This document shows positions 45,182-59,862 of a stretch of DNA of 64,000 nucleotides, piece after piece. Each line of letters opens with the position of its first letter. The stretch's first letter is position 1. The position numbers were made by a program, and so were the translations under genes. The stretch is from Eledone cirrhosa (taxonomy: Eukaryota): contig OZ024748.1 of the NCBI GenBank assembly GCA_964016885.1, positions 4,216,001-4,280,000 on the forward strand, in the 5' to 3' direction. The notes beneath the pieces are model-generated. The model was not told the DNA's origin. It worked only from the letters and a program-made list of their open reading frames with translations, and ran no database searches.

Positions 45182-45747
45182 GACATATTTATACATATGC
45201 TACTTTGACCTATAATATACAAACACACAGACATACAGAAAACGATGTGGAAATACCCCCAAAACCTCATTAAACAATCTAAAAGAAATCTTTAAACAAT
45301 TCTTAAAAATCGACCCCTCCAAAAAACTGAAGATAGCACCATTAGATTACTGAATAATATATTGCAGATAAATAATGGCGGTGAAGATAAAGTGTAAAGT
45401 TATAAAATTGGACGCCATTCATTTGACCTGACTGTCATGAAGTCTTTAATATTTTAATTTTTAATTCTTATAATTATAGAACAATTAATTCTTCATTAAG
45501 TTGTGAATACCAATTCTTTCTCCCAGCTTTTTTTTTTATAGCAGAAGTGTGTATGTATGAAGGTGTGTTTGTCTGTGTGTATGTGTTTGTCTGTGTAGGT
45601 GTGTGTATGTGTTTGTGTGCGTGTGTGTCTGTCTGTGTGTGTATGAATGTGTGTCTGTCTGTGTTTATGAATGTATGTCTGTCTGTGTTTATATTCTTGT
45701 ATGCATGTGTGTATATATGAATGTGTGTCTGTCTTTGTGTGTATTAA

Positions 45748-45788
<41 letters not shown>

Positions 45789-45829
45789 CTTTGTCTTTGT
45801 TCTTGTTTGCATGTCTTTGTCATTCCAAA

Positions 45830-46150
45830 TATCTCTGGTGTCCACCCGAATCATCAGTTGTGGTTCTTTTGGTAACTGTACAACCCCATCTTTGATGTGC
45901 AGCCTCGATGACAAACAGAACATGTAAATATTTGATATGAGAGACAAGTATTTAGTGTGTCTCTTCTCAGTTCTTAGTGGCCATTCTTTCACAAGGAACA
46001 TATTTCAAGACATTTTTCTATAAACACTACAGTCCCCAGTCAACGTTGTAACAGTTAAAACACCAGACTGAACCTTTAGTAGCATTGCTATCCACTCTCG
46101 ATAAGTTGATGTTACAGCTCTTCAAAGTGGTCATTGAACCGCTTCGCTGC
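45830..46150 (-). pseudogene. Highly decayed RTE LINE ORF fragment
   Basis: CE-WPLRTE resembles the RTE YGCETWPLR motif, with frameshifts. Confidence 0.35.
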
Positions 46151-46559
46151 TTCTCCAGTCAGGCGGATATTTACAGTTGTACTCATCCATTGAAGTCATA
46201 TTTATTATACATTAACATCTATTTGTGCTGAAGACTTGGTCTTTTGTTCTTTTCTCCTTATATTTGGCTATTATGACTGACTATAATAGAGCGTTGTGTT
46301 GGCAGAATCGTTAGTGCGTCACATGAAATGTATTTAGTTACGACCCTTTAAGTTCTCGTTTCAAATCCCACCAAGATGAAGTACGTGTTTACTGTCCTTT
46401 CCTTTCTCCAAATTGCTGGCCTTGTGCCTAAATCAGAAACCATTATATCTGATTGTGTGTGTGTGTGTGACAGCTCACACCTATGTAGGTTTAGCCGGCC
46501 TCCTCCGAGGTATATCTCGTTAGAGGTGTCTTGGATGATTTAATGATAGGGACCCCAGT

Positions 46560-46710
46560 CCTATCATCCCATTTCTACAGCTGAGTAAAGTGAAGCAACG
46601 TGAAATAAAGTGTCTTGCTCAAGGAAACAACACATCACCCTGTCCGAGAATTGAACTCACAACCTTTCGATTGCAAGCCCAATGCTCTAACCACTAAGCC
46701 ATGCACCTTT
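46560..46710 (-). mobile_element. Second tRNA-derived SINE family (CORE/V-like central motif)
   Basis: Reverse complement: TGGCTTAGTGGTTAGAGC..GAGTTCAATTC..TCCTTGAGCAAGACACTTT. Confidence 0.75.
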
Positions 46711-46815
46711 ATATCTGATTATAATTCCCTGTATTACTCCAGTGGATTAATTTCTTCTTTCTGTCTCTCAGGGTCTGAGAGTTGACTAGAATCAGAAGGA
46801 TGGTGTCTTTTAAAC

Positions 46816-47019
46816 CAGACATGTAAAACTTGCGGCCCGCGGGCCACATGAGGCCCTTTACAAGCACACCTGCGGCCCGTGAACAGGTTTTTATAGCGTG
46901 GCATGGTTTATCTCCGTAAAATTAGTTGTAATGTGCGCAATTAGTTGTAGTGTGTGGCCCTCAGACAACACATATGTGACCCATGTGGCCCTCAGAAGAC
47001 CCTCAGTTTGACATGTCTG
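46816..47019. mobile_element. hAT (Charlie-like) MITE
   Basis: TIRs CAGACATGTAAAACT / AGTTTGACATGTCTG, internal GCGGCCCGCGGGCC repeats, 8-bp TSD ttttaaac/ttctaaaa. Confidence 0.8.
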
Positions 47020-47087
47020 TTCTAAAAGACCCTCGTGATAATATATAATATATGTAGGACCTGTAACTCATGATGTAGTCGTAAGAT

Positions 47088-47319
47088 ACGAAATAATGAT
47101 TTCTAGTATAGGCACAAGGCCAGTAATTTGGGGGAGGGAAAAGTCGATTAAATCAACCCCGGTACATTACTGGTGCTTTATTTTATCGACCCCGTAAGTA
47201 TGAAAGGCAAAGTTAACCTTGGGGTGATTTGAACTCAGAATGGCAAGGACCGTAACTCTATGCGTCAAAACATGGCGTCCGACCCTCTACCGATACTGCC
47301 AATCCAAACGAAATAATGA
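47088..47319 (-). mobile_element. tRNA-derived SINE with 12-bp TSD, next to or inside an older SINE
   Basis: ACGAAATAATGA at 47088-47099 and 47308-47319. Confidence 0.9.
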
Positions 47320-47656
47320 AAGGGAATGTTGACCTGAGATGGATTTAAACTGAGAGAGCTGAGAGTCGGAGTGAAAACCACAGAACATTCTATCCGAAGT
47401 CCTAACAACTCTAACAATTCGCCATTCTTACACCAGCATCTTTATTGTTCCTTTATGTTGTGTTGTTTTGCAGGGTTTTCATTTATAGCAGAGTTATTCC
47501 CAATCCTATCTCTCTGGGAATAACTGTAAGTCTTTTACACTTTACACTTCAACCTCTTCACAGCTAAGGTTTCCAGTTAAAAAAAAACAAGAAAAAAAAA
47601 CAGTTATAAACAGTTTTATCTATCTTAAATTTACCCTAAATCTACTGTATTAAATT

Positions 47657-47709
<53 letters not shown>

Positions 47710-47756
47710 TAAATATAAATACATATATATATACACGCACCCCTCCCGTACACAAG

Positions 47757-47842
<86 letters not shown>

Positions 47843-47955
47843 AAATATATTTAAAAACATACATCATGAGATTAAATGAAAAAAAATTAATATTTCCTTC
47901 GGGCAGCGCCAGCTACCCCAGACAGCCCCATCAACCCACAAACCAATGCGTATAA

Positions 47956-47986
<31 letters not shown>

Positions 47987-47992
47987 GAAATG

Positions 47993-48044
<52 letters not shown>

Positions 48045-48554
48045 CATTTCTACATACATATATACATTTCTACATACATATATACATACATACATTTCTA
48101 CATACATACATACATATATACATACATACATGCATTTCTACATACGTACATACATTAAAGAGGTATTAAGACAAAAAAAAAAAAGAAATCCTACATATCC
48201 TGAAAAGAAGCCGAGCCAACACGAAGTCGCCCAGAAGAAGGACCGTCGTTGCAACACTAAGTTAGCTGAGCTGAACCAATATACCGTCACATTCATTAAA
48301 GATTTATTAAATGGCAAATTGGAATCTCTCATTTCTTGCTTTACTCAACTCTCCGCCCCCAAGTGGCCTTTTAAGGGGGTTAGCAATAAGAAATAGGGAT
48401 AGGAGTATGTAATATAATAAGTTCTTTACTGTCGCCACTAGTACTAAAGTGAAAAGGGGTGGGGAAAGGGGCTGAGATAGTTTTTTTAATTTTTTCAAGA
48501 GCTGCTGGAGATCAGAAAAAAGATTCCTTTAGTGTTTTTTTTTTTGTTTTTTTG

Positions 48555-48667
48555 TAGTAGTAGTAGTAGTAGTAGTAGCAGCAGCGGTAGTAGTAGTAGT
48601 AGCGGTAGTAGTAGTAGTAGTAGCGGTAGTAGTAGCGGTAGTAGTAGTAGTAGCGGTAGTAGTAGCG

Positions 48668-48719
<52 letters not shown>

Positions 48720-48808
48720 CAGCAGCGGTAGTAGTAGTAGTAGCGGTAGTAGTAGTAGTAGTAGCGGTAGTAGTAGCGGTAGTAGTAGTAGTAGCGGTAG
48801 TAGTAGCG

Positions 48809-48852
<44 letters not shown>

Positions 48853-48926
48853 TGCGGTAGTAGTAGTTGTGGTGGTAGTAGTGATAGTAGTAGCGGTAGT
48901 AGTAGTGGTAGTAATAATTGTAGTAT

Positions 48927-48969
<43 letters not shown>

Positions 48970-48970
48970 T
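48555..48970. repeat. (AGT)n microsatellite with internal block duplication
   Basis: Direct reading. Confidence 0.9.
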
Positions 48971-49138
48971 GTTGTTGTCGTTGTTGTTCGTATAGTTTTC
49001 TATGACATTGATGCTGTATTTAATAACACTGGTTTAACTGTTGCTGTTGTTGGTGGTGATGATGTTGGCATTGTTGTTGCTGCAGTTGTTATTCTTCCCT
49101 TGTTGTTCATGGTATTGTTGTTACTGTTGTTGTTGTTA

Positions 49139-49171
<33 letters not shown>

Positions 49172-49461
49172 TTGTTGTTGTTGTTTTCATATTTTTGTTA
49201 TGTTTGTTATTATAGTTCTGTTAGAGATTAGTTTGGTGTTAAGTTTCTCTCATTACAAGCCCGAAAAACGGGGGACTATTTTAAAGTAATTAGTGGGAGG
49301 TAACGGTATGTGGGTATAGTATAACAACAACAACAACAACACGCAAAATTGTCCCCGTCACCACCGTCACTCCTTCCCGAAACAAAATGTCTTGGAGCAA
49401 GAATTCAGAGAGAATCCTTGACAGATTTTCTTTGGAATATTGTAGCACACACACACACACG

Positions 49462-49511
<50 letters not shown>

Positions 49512-50221
49512 CATATGCACTTATACATAGCCACACGTACACATACAGACACACATTCACATATACTATCACCAACAATATTAACACTATCACCATCACA
49601 AATACCATAAACACCAACAAAAATTTGAAATTGTATTTATATTTTTTAAGAAATTCATATTACTGATTTAAAATTATGAATTTAGTGTTCCGTGAGGGCC
49701 AAAAGGTTGGTGACTGCTGATTAGATAAGTTAGATAAGCATGTATGCTTGTGAAGACCAAAAAGGGTATTTTAGCTTTAGGGTGGGTAGAATGTCTGAAG
49801 TAACACACTCCTGAGTGAATAGGTTTCGTAAATTTTATAAGAAAGCCATCAAGAAAAGTTAAAACGTAGCTCTACACCAGGTAAAATGTATTTCATGTTT
49901 TTAAAAATCTCATCTGTACAACAAAAAATTGCCTGAGAATCTCAGCTGAAACAAATAAACAGGCCATCATTTTCTTTTTTTTCTCATGCGGCACCATCTT
50001 GGTATTTTCTGCCAACATACTTTACATACATCTTTTGTCGATATTTAGCCAGATCAAATAAAATAATTTCTCTGATGTTTTGCTATAGGAAGAAGCTGCC
50101 AATGATCTCAATTCTCTTGTGGTAAAACCAAACTTGTTTACCCGGTCACGGCTCATATGATCAGAAACAACTACCTTTCCGGTCCTTCTTAATAATACGG
50201 ACTCCCAGACTATCATCGCTT

Positions 50222-50291
<70 letters not shown>

Positions 50292-50436
50292 CTACCTCCT
50301 ATTACTCTGTCGCTCACATACTATGTCTTACTAAAGACACACATACACACCCTCTCTCTTATACTATCTCCTATTACTCACACCCTCCCTCCCACTCTTT
50401 CCCTCTCTCTCTCATACTATCTCCTATTACTCACAC

Positions 50437-50481
<45 letters not shown>

Positions 50482-50956
50482 TTCTTCCTTATGTTCTCTA
50501 TGTTTCTTATTTTGTACTTTCTCTCTCTTCTATCCATCTCACCTTATCTCCCCCCTCTCCCTCTCTCTCTATATATATATATATATGTCTTTCTTTCTCT
50601 ATTAATCACTCCTTCATTTACTCTCTCCTTCTCTAAACGCATCAATCATTTTCTTTCTTCCTGCCACCCATGTTTCCGGCGTCACTATTTCCGGTATATG
50701 GCGCGGGTGGATGTGTCGTCGAGAAAGTTCTGATAGAACCAACCAAGAGGTAGACAGTTCGTATTTTATCAGAGGCAGTAACGGGCTTGTCCCCAAGACG
50801 TGACGCTCAATTGCAAGGGTCAGGAGGGTGTGGGGTGAGGAAGAGGAGCTTCAGAACATTCTAGGTGGCCACTCTACTTCACAATAATTCTAAAGTTGAA
50901 AACAGAAATTTTATTCTAATTAAACTCACAACGTTGGCTTAAAGACCATTGATAAT

Positions 50957-50997
<41 letters not shown>

Positions 50998-51065
50998 ACA
51001 CACACACACAAGATGGCGTAGGACAGAACAAAGGAGAGGCACAAAAACAAAGAAAAGAATCCCCA

Positions 51066-51108
51066 GTCACTGAAGAGGTCACAGAATGTGTGACGAAAGA
51101 ACTTTGAC
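51066..51108 (+). ncRNA. Minimal type I HHR
   Basis: gtca-CTGAAGA-g-gtcaca(gaatg)tgtgac-GAAA-gaac-TT-tgac. Confidence 0.7.
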
Positions 51109-51310
51109 AATATATGAACAACCGTCCGGTTGTGGAACCAACCAACCAACCAGCCAACCGGAAATTTATAAATTTAATTTATAATAAATTGGAGTGAAGG
51201 CAACTGGTGCGTATGTTTCTTATTGGCAACATGACCCTCCCAGAGTATAACAATATCGGTTTCAACACACGTTTTCAGATAAAGAATCTTGCTAAGCAAA
51301 TTCAGAAACG

Positions 51311-51370
<60 letters not shown>

Positions 51371-51492
51371 GCATGAAAAATGCGTCTGTAGGCGGTATGC
51401 CGGTTGAGCACTCGATGCTCGCGCGGAGCAGAGAATAATATTATAAGGATAAAGGAACAAGGATTCAGTGTTGCATCATAACATATTTAATA

Positions 51493-51582
51493 ACATATTA
51501 CATATGTTTCACTATCGATCAGCTCGAGGTAAGACCAATTATAGATCGAACCTGACTGTAATCGATAGGTCGTCAGATATGC
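51493..51582 (-). ncRNA. Type I HHR with extended stem II (family C)
   Basis: Reverse complement: gcatat-CTGACGA-c.ctatcgat[..]atcgatag.t-GAAA-catatg-TA-atatgt. Confidence 0.85.
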
Positions 51583-51676
51583 TTAATATATGAATTCGTC
51601 TCCGATTCTATATGTGTGTGTATATATATATATATACGATATTAAGAAATGGAAACTATATTTATAAAACCATATT

Positions 51677-51741
51677 TATTTCATTATACATATTTCAGGG
51701 ATACCAAATTAAATTATGGTATGCCTTCATCAGACAAAATA
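51677..51741 (-). ncRNA. Type I HHR (family G)
   Basis: Reverse complement: tattttgt-CTGATGA-aggcatacc..ggtatccct-GAAA-tatgta-TA-atgaaata. Confidence 0.75.
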
Positions 51742-51791
51742 CAATATATAACAGTTTTACAAATAAGCTTTGACGTACCCTTTTAAAATGA

Positions 51792-51971
51792 ATTGGCAGT
51801 GTCGGTAGAGGGTTGGACGCCATGCTTTCTAGCATAGTTACGTCCCTTTACGATCTGAGTTCAAATCCCGCCGAGGTTAACTTTGCCTTTCATCCTTACG
51901 GGGTCGATAAAATGAAGTACCAGTAATACACTGGGTAATTGCTGGCCTTGTGCCTAACGTAGAAACAATTA
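51792..51971 (+). mobile_element. tRNA-derived SINE inserted within a family G element
   Basis: Consensus match; family G sequence resumes after 51975. Confidence 0.85.
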
Positions 51972-52087
51972 TTTTTGGCAGCCATCTGGATAGTTATCGT
52001 ATATCTACTCCAAATACTTGTCGAGTGCTTTATATCAGTTATAAAAATATTTACTTGTTGTATCCCAACAATTTTAAATAGAACTTT

Positions 52088-52127
<40 letters not shown>

Positions 52128-52134
<7 letters not shown>

Positions 52135-52311
52135 GCTTTCACCCTATTTTATTTTACTAAAGAAATTTTAGTCTGATAATGGGGTTTAGAACCCTCAGAT
52201 GAGTATAGATGTACATCAATACTCATCTTTTTCCATTTATCTGAGGGTTCTAAACCCAATTATCAAACTAAAATTTCTTTAGTCAAAAAAATACGGTGAA
52301 AGCTATTATAT
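52128..52311. mobile_element. Fold-back element (family of 6256-6382)
   Basis: ~70-bp inverted arms. Confidence 0.75.
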
Positions 52312-52355
52312 TTCTAATTTGAAACCTGCTCACTGTTTCAAAACATACTTACTTG

Positions 52356-52406
<51 letters not shown>

Positions 52407-52703
52407 TCAGTAGAGTGATGAGAAAAGAATTCCCGCCATGACTCCCTGTTTTTTTTCTAAACGTGCAACAAGAAAGACCCCAGGACCTCGTTACGCAACT
52501 GTATGTAATGTGATTTAAGGGTTACTTCTCAGAAGAGAAAGGAAGAAGTACTGTCCGTTCTAGGAAGGTGAGATCGATATTTGAAACAGCTTCAACTCTT
52601 CACCGTATAAAACACCGGACAGGGACAAATGTCCTCCTCTCCTTTTATATAACTATCAATATATCTATACCTCTTTATTATATACACTTTCTTTCTAATT
52701 TTG

Positions 52704-52785
<82 letters not shown>

Positions 52786-52787
<2 letters not shown>

Positions 52788-52970
52788 CAAAGGAATTGTG
52801 CTAAGGAACCAGATGGACCATAACGCACCAGAGTACTCAATACTTAGTAGAGTGAAATAGGAAAAAGTATGACCCCGACGGCAGAGCTCAAGCCGTTTCG
52901 ACGGCTATTTTTGTCCAGAAATAGCCGTCGAAACGGCTTGAGCTCTGCCGTCGGGGTCATACTTTTTCCT
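52786..52970 (-). mobile_element. Family B palindromic element
   Basis: Tail plus near-perfect arms around TGTCCA. Confidence 0.85.
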
Positions 52971-53050
52971 ATATATATATATATATATATATATGAGTGT
53001 TCGTGAAGGTGGCTGAAATACTCACAAATATACATATATGTATGCGTATG

Positions 53051-53096
<46 letters not shown>

Positions 53097-53605
53097 TGTG
53101 CGTGTGTGTGTGTATCTATGTATCTCTTGTTCTATCTTCCTCTCCCTTTCTATGTTTATATATATATATATATATACATACACACACACATACATATACA
53201 CACACATATACGTGAGAAGGGATATGTATATATATGTATTGACGATCACGCCACCTGTCGGCAGTAAGTAATGAATGGCTGACATGTTTAAGCCAGGAGT
53301 TATTGAAACAGCAATTATTAGCAAGAGCCTTTTAACTGATTCACCATTGATATTTAATCGATAACGATAAGTATTTTCTAATCTTTGCCAAGCCTATTGC
53401 CGTAATTACCATATTGCGTTTGTTGTCATTGAAGAACTCTCACAAGTAACTATATCACATCAAAGACTTTACCATGTCTCTCTCTTTTTCTCTCTCTTTC
53501 TCTTTCTCCCCCCCTTCTCTCTCTCATTCTCTCTCTCTTTCTCTCTCATTCTTTCTCTCTCTCATTCTCTCTCTCTCTCTCATTCTCTCTCTTTCTCTTT
53601 CTCAT

Positions 53606-53637
<32 letters not shown>

Positions 53638-53724
53638 TCTCATTCTCTCTCTTTCTCTTTCTCTTTCTCTTTCTCTCTCTCATTCTCTTTCTCTCTCTCT
53701 TTCTCTCTCTCTTTCTCTTTCACT

Positions 53725-53813
<89 letters not shown>

Positions 53814-53886
53814 CTTCTCTCTCTCTTTCTCTTTCTCTCTCATTCTCTCTCTCTCTTTCTTTCTTTCTCATTCTCCCTCCCTCCCT

Positions 53887-53954
<68 letters not shown>

Positions 53955-53983
53955 GTGTGTATGTGTTTATGTGTGAATGTGGT

Positions 53984-54035
<52 letters not shown>

Positions 54036-54996
54036 GGTGTGTTTGCTCTAGGGTTCTTATATATTTGATATATATTTATCCTTATCGAGCCCTCTTTGGA
54101 TTTTAGTCATCAAATTTATTATTATTACTATATATATATATATATATTTGTGTGGGTGTGTGTGTATGTATATATATATGTGTGTGTGTGTGTACATGTA
54201 TGTATAATTTCCTGCCTGATATTCACTACACTATGTAAACTGACACATTTAAGTCATTATACACCTCTTTAAAACCCACAGGTGTGCATTACCTCATAAC
54301 AAGATCTACAGTAATCTAAGTGTACCGATCTACCAAGTGTGCAAAGGGAGATAAATTGTTGTATGTATTTTTTAAACCGGAAACAAAAATGTATAATTTA
54401 AAAAATAAAATTTATGAAAAAAAAAAAGAATAAAATAAATGAGCAAAATATCATTCCATTTGTTGTTGTTGTTATTGTTGTTTTCTGTGGTGGTATTATT
54501 ATTTAGGCTTCGCTCAGCCCTGGTCAAACAGGGCTATGATCATTAGCGTTCTAGATATGACCACCACGTCATAGCTTTATAGGTTTAGATAACATAACCA
54601 GAACAATGCGATTTAGTGAAGCATTCTTATTTTTTAAATGGTAAGTTGTGGTTTGGAGAGGAATATCTGATAGCTGGTCACGTGATTAAGTTGTGGCTTC
54701 TTCATTATTTCATACCACGTGGTTATGGCAGAGTTTGACACCTGTCCACCTTGGAGTCAGCCTCTGTTGCTAGAAGCATTAAAAGACTATTTTAATCTCA
54801 GATATTCAGACTTTGCTTCTGTCGCTTATTCTTCAAAGAGCAAATCAAGAGCAGCGAGGGAGCCTCTACAATGGTCACAAGATTTGCTAGATGTTGCAGA
54901 TAAATCTGCCTCATTTCACATCCTACTGGTTTAAATAGCACAGAAATACATTGAAGAATTTGAAGAAGAACAGCATTTAGTTCCATTATTTTTGTC

Positions 54997-55183
54997 GGTG
55001 GATTGGCAGTATCAGTTGAGGGTTGAACGCCATGCTTTACAGCATAGAGTTAGGCCCTTTACGGTTTGATTTCAAATCCCGCCGGGGTTAGCTTTGCCTT
55101 TCATCCTTACGGGGTCGATAAAATAAAGTACCAGTAATGTACTGGGATAATTGTTGGCCTTCTGCCAAAAGTACAAACAATTA
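54997..55183 (+). mobile_element. tRNA-derived SINE, full length
   Basis: Consensus match; TTATTT(T/C)TGTC-like flanking duplication. Confidence 0.9.
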
Positions 55184-55268
55184 TTTCTGTCAATCATTCT
55201 ACGACAAGTTTATCTATATTCTGATTTTTGAGGACAGGCCATATTCCGAAACATCGAACAATTTTACC

Positions 55269-55374
<106 letters not shown>

Positions 55375-56059
55375 CAAATACTGAACTAATATTTGTTATA
55401 CACAGATATCCACGAAGATAAACACACAGAGGCACAGTGAAACATATACAATAACACACACATGCACACACATACTCGCATAGACATATATAGAAGCATT
55501 TACATATACACAAACTCACACAAACGTAAACAAATACACACACACAAACATACAGACGTATATAGATACACTCATACAAACACACACAAAGGTAAATACA
55601 TACATACACAAATACACACACACACACACACAAAGGTAAATACATACATACACAAATACACACACACACACACACAGGTAAATACATACATACACAAATA
55701 CACACAGACACATGCACATGCATACACAGACATATATAGATGCACTCATACAAACACACGCAGACAGACACACACACACATGCATATGCACATAGAAAGA
55801 TACAAACCACCAATGTCTTCACCACCACCATCACTCCTCCATCTACCACCACCACCACCACCATCACTCCTCCTCCTCCTCCTTCTTCACCACCATCACT
55901 CCTCCTCATCTCCCCCCCCTCTCCTCTTCCCCCTCCTCCTGCTACATGTCAAGTTGTAATAGATTTTCATGCATTCGTAATATTCTCATCAATCATATGT
56001 TTTATAATTGTCTAGCCTCGATTGTGATGACACCTTCGTGACGTCACAATCACTGTCAG

Positions 56060-57960
56060 CACCACCACCACTACCACTAAAACACCACTACAACCACCAC
56101 CACCACTACCAGCACCACTACCAGCACCACTAAGACCACTACAACCACACCCACTACTAACAACATTACAACTACAACCGCCACTACAAACACTACCTGC
56201 ACCACTAACAGCACTACAACCACCACTACAACCACCAACAGCACCACTTCAACCACCACCAACACCATCACCAAGAGTACCACTACAGCCACCACTAACA
56301 CCGCCACCAAAACCAGCATCAACACCACCACCAACACCACCACCAATAGCACCACCACCACCACCGACAGCACCACCACCAAAACCACCACCACCACCAC
56401 TACAGCCACTACAACCACCACCAACACTACCATCATCACCACCACCAACACCACCACCATCACCACCACTAACACCACCACCAACACCACTACAGCCACT
56501 ACAACCACCACCAACCCCACCACCATCACCACCACCAACACCACCATCACCACCACCAAAACCACCACCAACACCACTACAGCCACTACAACCACCACCA
56601 TCACTACCACCCCCATCACCACCACCAACACCACCATCATCACCACCACTAACACCACCACCAACACCACCACTAACACCACCATCACTACCACCAAAAC
56701 CACCACCACCACCACTACAGCCACTACAACCACCACCATCACCACCACCAACACCACTACAGCCACTACAACCACCACCACCACCACTACAGCCACTACA
56801 ACCACCACCACCACCACTACAGCCACTACAACCACCACCATCACCACCACCACCACCACCACTACAGCCACTACAACCACCACCAACACCACCACCAACA
56901 CCACTACAGCCACTACAACCACCACCATCACCTCCACCACCACCACTACAGCCACTACAACCACCACCAACACCACCACCAACACCACTACAGCCACTAC
57001 AACCACCACCATCACCACCACCAACACCACTACAGCCACTACAACCACCACCATCACCACCACCAACACCACTACAGCCACTACAACCACCACCATCACC
57101 ACCACCACCACCACTACAGCCACTACAACCACCACCATCACCACCACCAACACCACTACAGCCACTACAACCACCACCATCACCACCACCACCACCACCA
57201 CTACAGCCACTACAACCACCACCAACACCACCACCAACACCACTACAGCCACTACAACCACCACCAACACCACCACCAACACCACTACAGCCACTACAAC
57301 CACCACCATCACCACCACCAACACCACTACAGCCACTACAACCACCACCATCACCACCACCAACACCACTACAGCCACTACAACCACCACCATCACCACC
57401 ACCACCACCACTACAGCCACTACAACCACCACCATCACCACCACCAACACCACTACAGCCACTACAACCACCACCATCACCACCACCACCACCACCACTA
57501 CAGCCACTACAACCACCACCAACACCACCACCAACACCACTACAGCCACTACAACCACCACCAACACCACCACCAACACCACTACAGCCACTACAACCAC
57601 CACCATCACCACCACCAACACCACTACAGCCACTACAACCACCACCATCACCACCACCAACACCACTACAGCCACTACAACCACCACCATCACCACCACC
57701 ACCACCACTACAGCCACTACAACCACCACCATCACCACCACCAACACCACTACAGCCACTACAACCACCACCATCACCACCACCACCACCACCACTACAG
57801 CCACTACAACCACCACCAACACCACCACCAACACCACTACAGCCACTACAACCACCACCAACACCACCACCAACACCACTACAGCCACTACAACCACCAC
57901 CATCACCACCACCAACACCACCACTACCATCAACATCAACTCCGTCGCTGCCATCGCCAT
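56060..57960. repeat. (ACC)n-derived minisatellite, ~42-bp units with ~297-bp higher-order period
   Basis: ACCACTACAGCCACTACA landmark; pattern recurs ~297 bp apart near 57181, 57481 and 57781. Confidence 0.85.
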
Positions 57961-58259
57961 CTTAACCATTTCCTAAACCACCAGCCTTGATGATGATCAT
58001 GATGATCATAATCATCATCGCCATCATCATCATCACCACTACCATCGTTATTACCCCCCCCCCCCCCCCACCATCACCACCCCACCAACATCACTGTCAT
58101 CACCTATACAAAGGTTAGTCACACTTTTCCTCACATCACTGTCAATGTCATCATCATCACCATCATCACCAGTGACTTCCCCAGCATCATCATCATCATC
58201 AGTTACATCACTACCATCACTACCATCATCATCATGACAGACAATCTTCCTCCTCTCTA

Positions 58260-58945
58260 TGATCATCATAACATCATCACCATCATCACCATCATCACCA
58301 TCATCATCATCATCATCATCATCACCACTCTTCCTCTTGTCAGCGTTGTCATCGCAACGTCACAATCAGTCACATCTTCGCCAGCAACGTGGTCAATGTC
58401 AACCTCCTGCTCCTCCTCATCACCACCATCACCACCATCACCATCACCACCATTATCACCACCATCACCACCATCACCACCATCACCATTATCACCACCA
58501 CCACCACCATCACTGTCATTATCACCATTATCACCATTATCACCATTATCACCATTATCACCACCATCACCACCATCACCACCATCACCATTATCACCAC
58601 CACCACCACCATCACTGTCATTATCACCATTATCACCATTATCACCATTATCACCATTATCACCACCATCACCACCATCACCACCATCACCATTATCACC
58701 ACCACCACCACCACCACCACCATCACCATTATCACCACCATCACCATTATCACCACCATCACCATTATCACCACCACCACCACCACCACCATCACTGTCA
58801 TTATCACCACCATCACCATTATCACCACCATCACCACCATCACCACCATCACCACCATCACCATTATCACCACCATCACCACCATCACCATTATCACCAC
58901 CATCACCACCATCACCATTATCACCATCATCACAGTTATCATCAA
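58260..58945. repeat. (CAC/CAT)n low-complexity array
   Basis: Direct reading. Confidence 0.9.
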
Positions 58946-59693
58946 CCCTCTGTCAAAATGTCACCTCTCTGTATCATATCACTGTCATGGCTGCTGTCAT
59001 GACGTCATTATCGTTATTATCATTATTATCATTATTATTATTTGACATGTGGAATGTTGTGATGCGCTCACCGCCCTCCACCAGTTCGGCAATGTGATCA
59101 GTGTAAGTTCTATTGTGTCAGTTTATAGAGGACTTGTGAAGGGGAAGGGCGATGAAGTTCTCGCGGACGCTACATGCCTCCTCGAAAGCGAACTGCGGGT
59201 ATGTTACTGAGAACTTTAGGACTTGAGACTTCTTTGGATAATTTTCAGAAGTTCTTGGCTTGGCAATACTACTAGAGGGCGTTGCCAGTTTAAAATAAAT
59301 TCTACAGGTACAGAAGTGCCGTCAGACAGGCCTGCCCGAGATTGCACGCAGGGCATCGAAATCATTCTGTACGTACTCACCCCCAAAACAGAATTGAAAG
59401 AGTCCGAGTAAATACCACAAGAAGTTCCATCAGACGCTCTATTAACTCTCCTACTTTGTCGCATTGAAAAGTATATACTTAGAAGCCTCATGTTTAATTT
59501 CCAGTTCGGTGGATAGGTGAAATGTTTAGGGCATTGGATTATACCCTTTGTGATACCTTTTCCGGTTTGTTGTTATTTTGAGTATTAGATTTACATCCCC
59601 CAGTTTAATACCACGAGCTCACTCTTGGAGGCCTTTAGTGGAGTCCACTCTGTAGTAAGTATTCGAGTAAGGTATCTGGTTCAGGATAAATTA

Positions 59694-59862
59694 CCGTATT
59701 TCCCGGTGTCGAAGACACTTCGTCCTCGAAGACGTACTCTAATTTTGACAACCAAAAATTTGAAAAAAAAAAAACTAACAACCTTCGGCCTCCAGGACGC
59801 ATTGTAGATTTTTTAGACTTATTTTAGGAAAAAAGTGCCGTCTTCGACGCCGGGAAATATGG
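59694..59862. mobile_element. pogo/Tigger-like MITE
   Basis: TIRs CCGTATTTCCCGGTGTCGAAGAC / GTCTTCGACGCCGGGAAATATGG flanked by TA. Confidence 0.8.

Noticed and set aside
46640-46710. tRNA genes suggested by A/B boxes (also ~6010-6070, 42850-42910)
   Set aside because: No complete cloverleaf; these look like SINE heads
50089-50121. Possible 33-nt microexon (EEAANDLNSLV) with AG/GT ends
   Set aside because: Such signals occur by chance; no supporting exons
58234-59097. His-rich / Pro-Ser-rich ORFs
   Set aside because: (CAC/CAT)n triplet array open in several frames; no gene context
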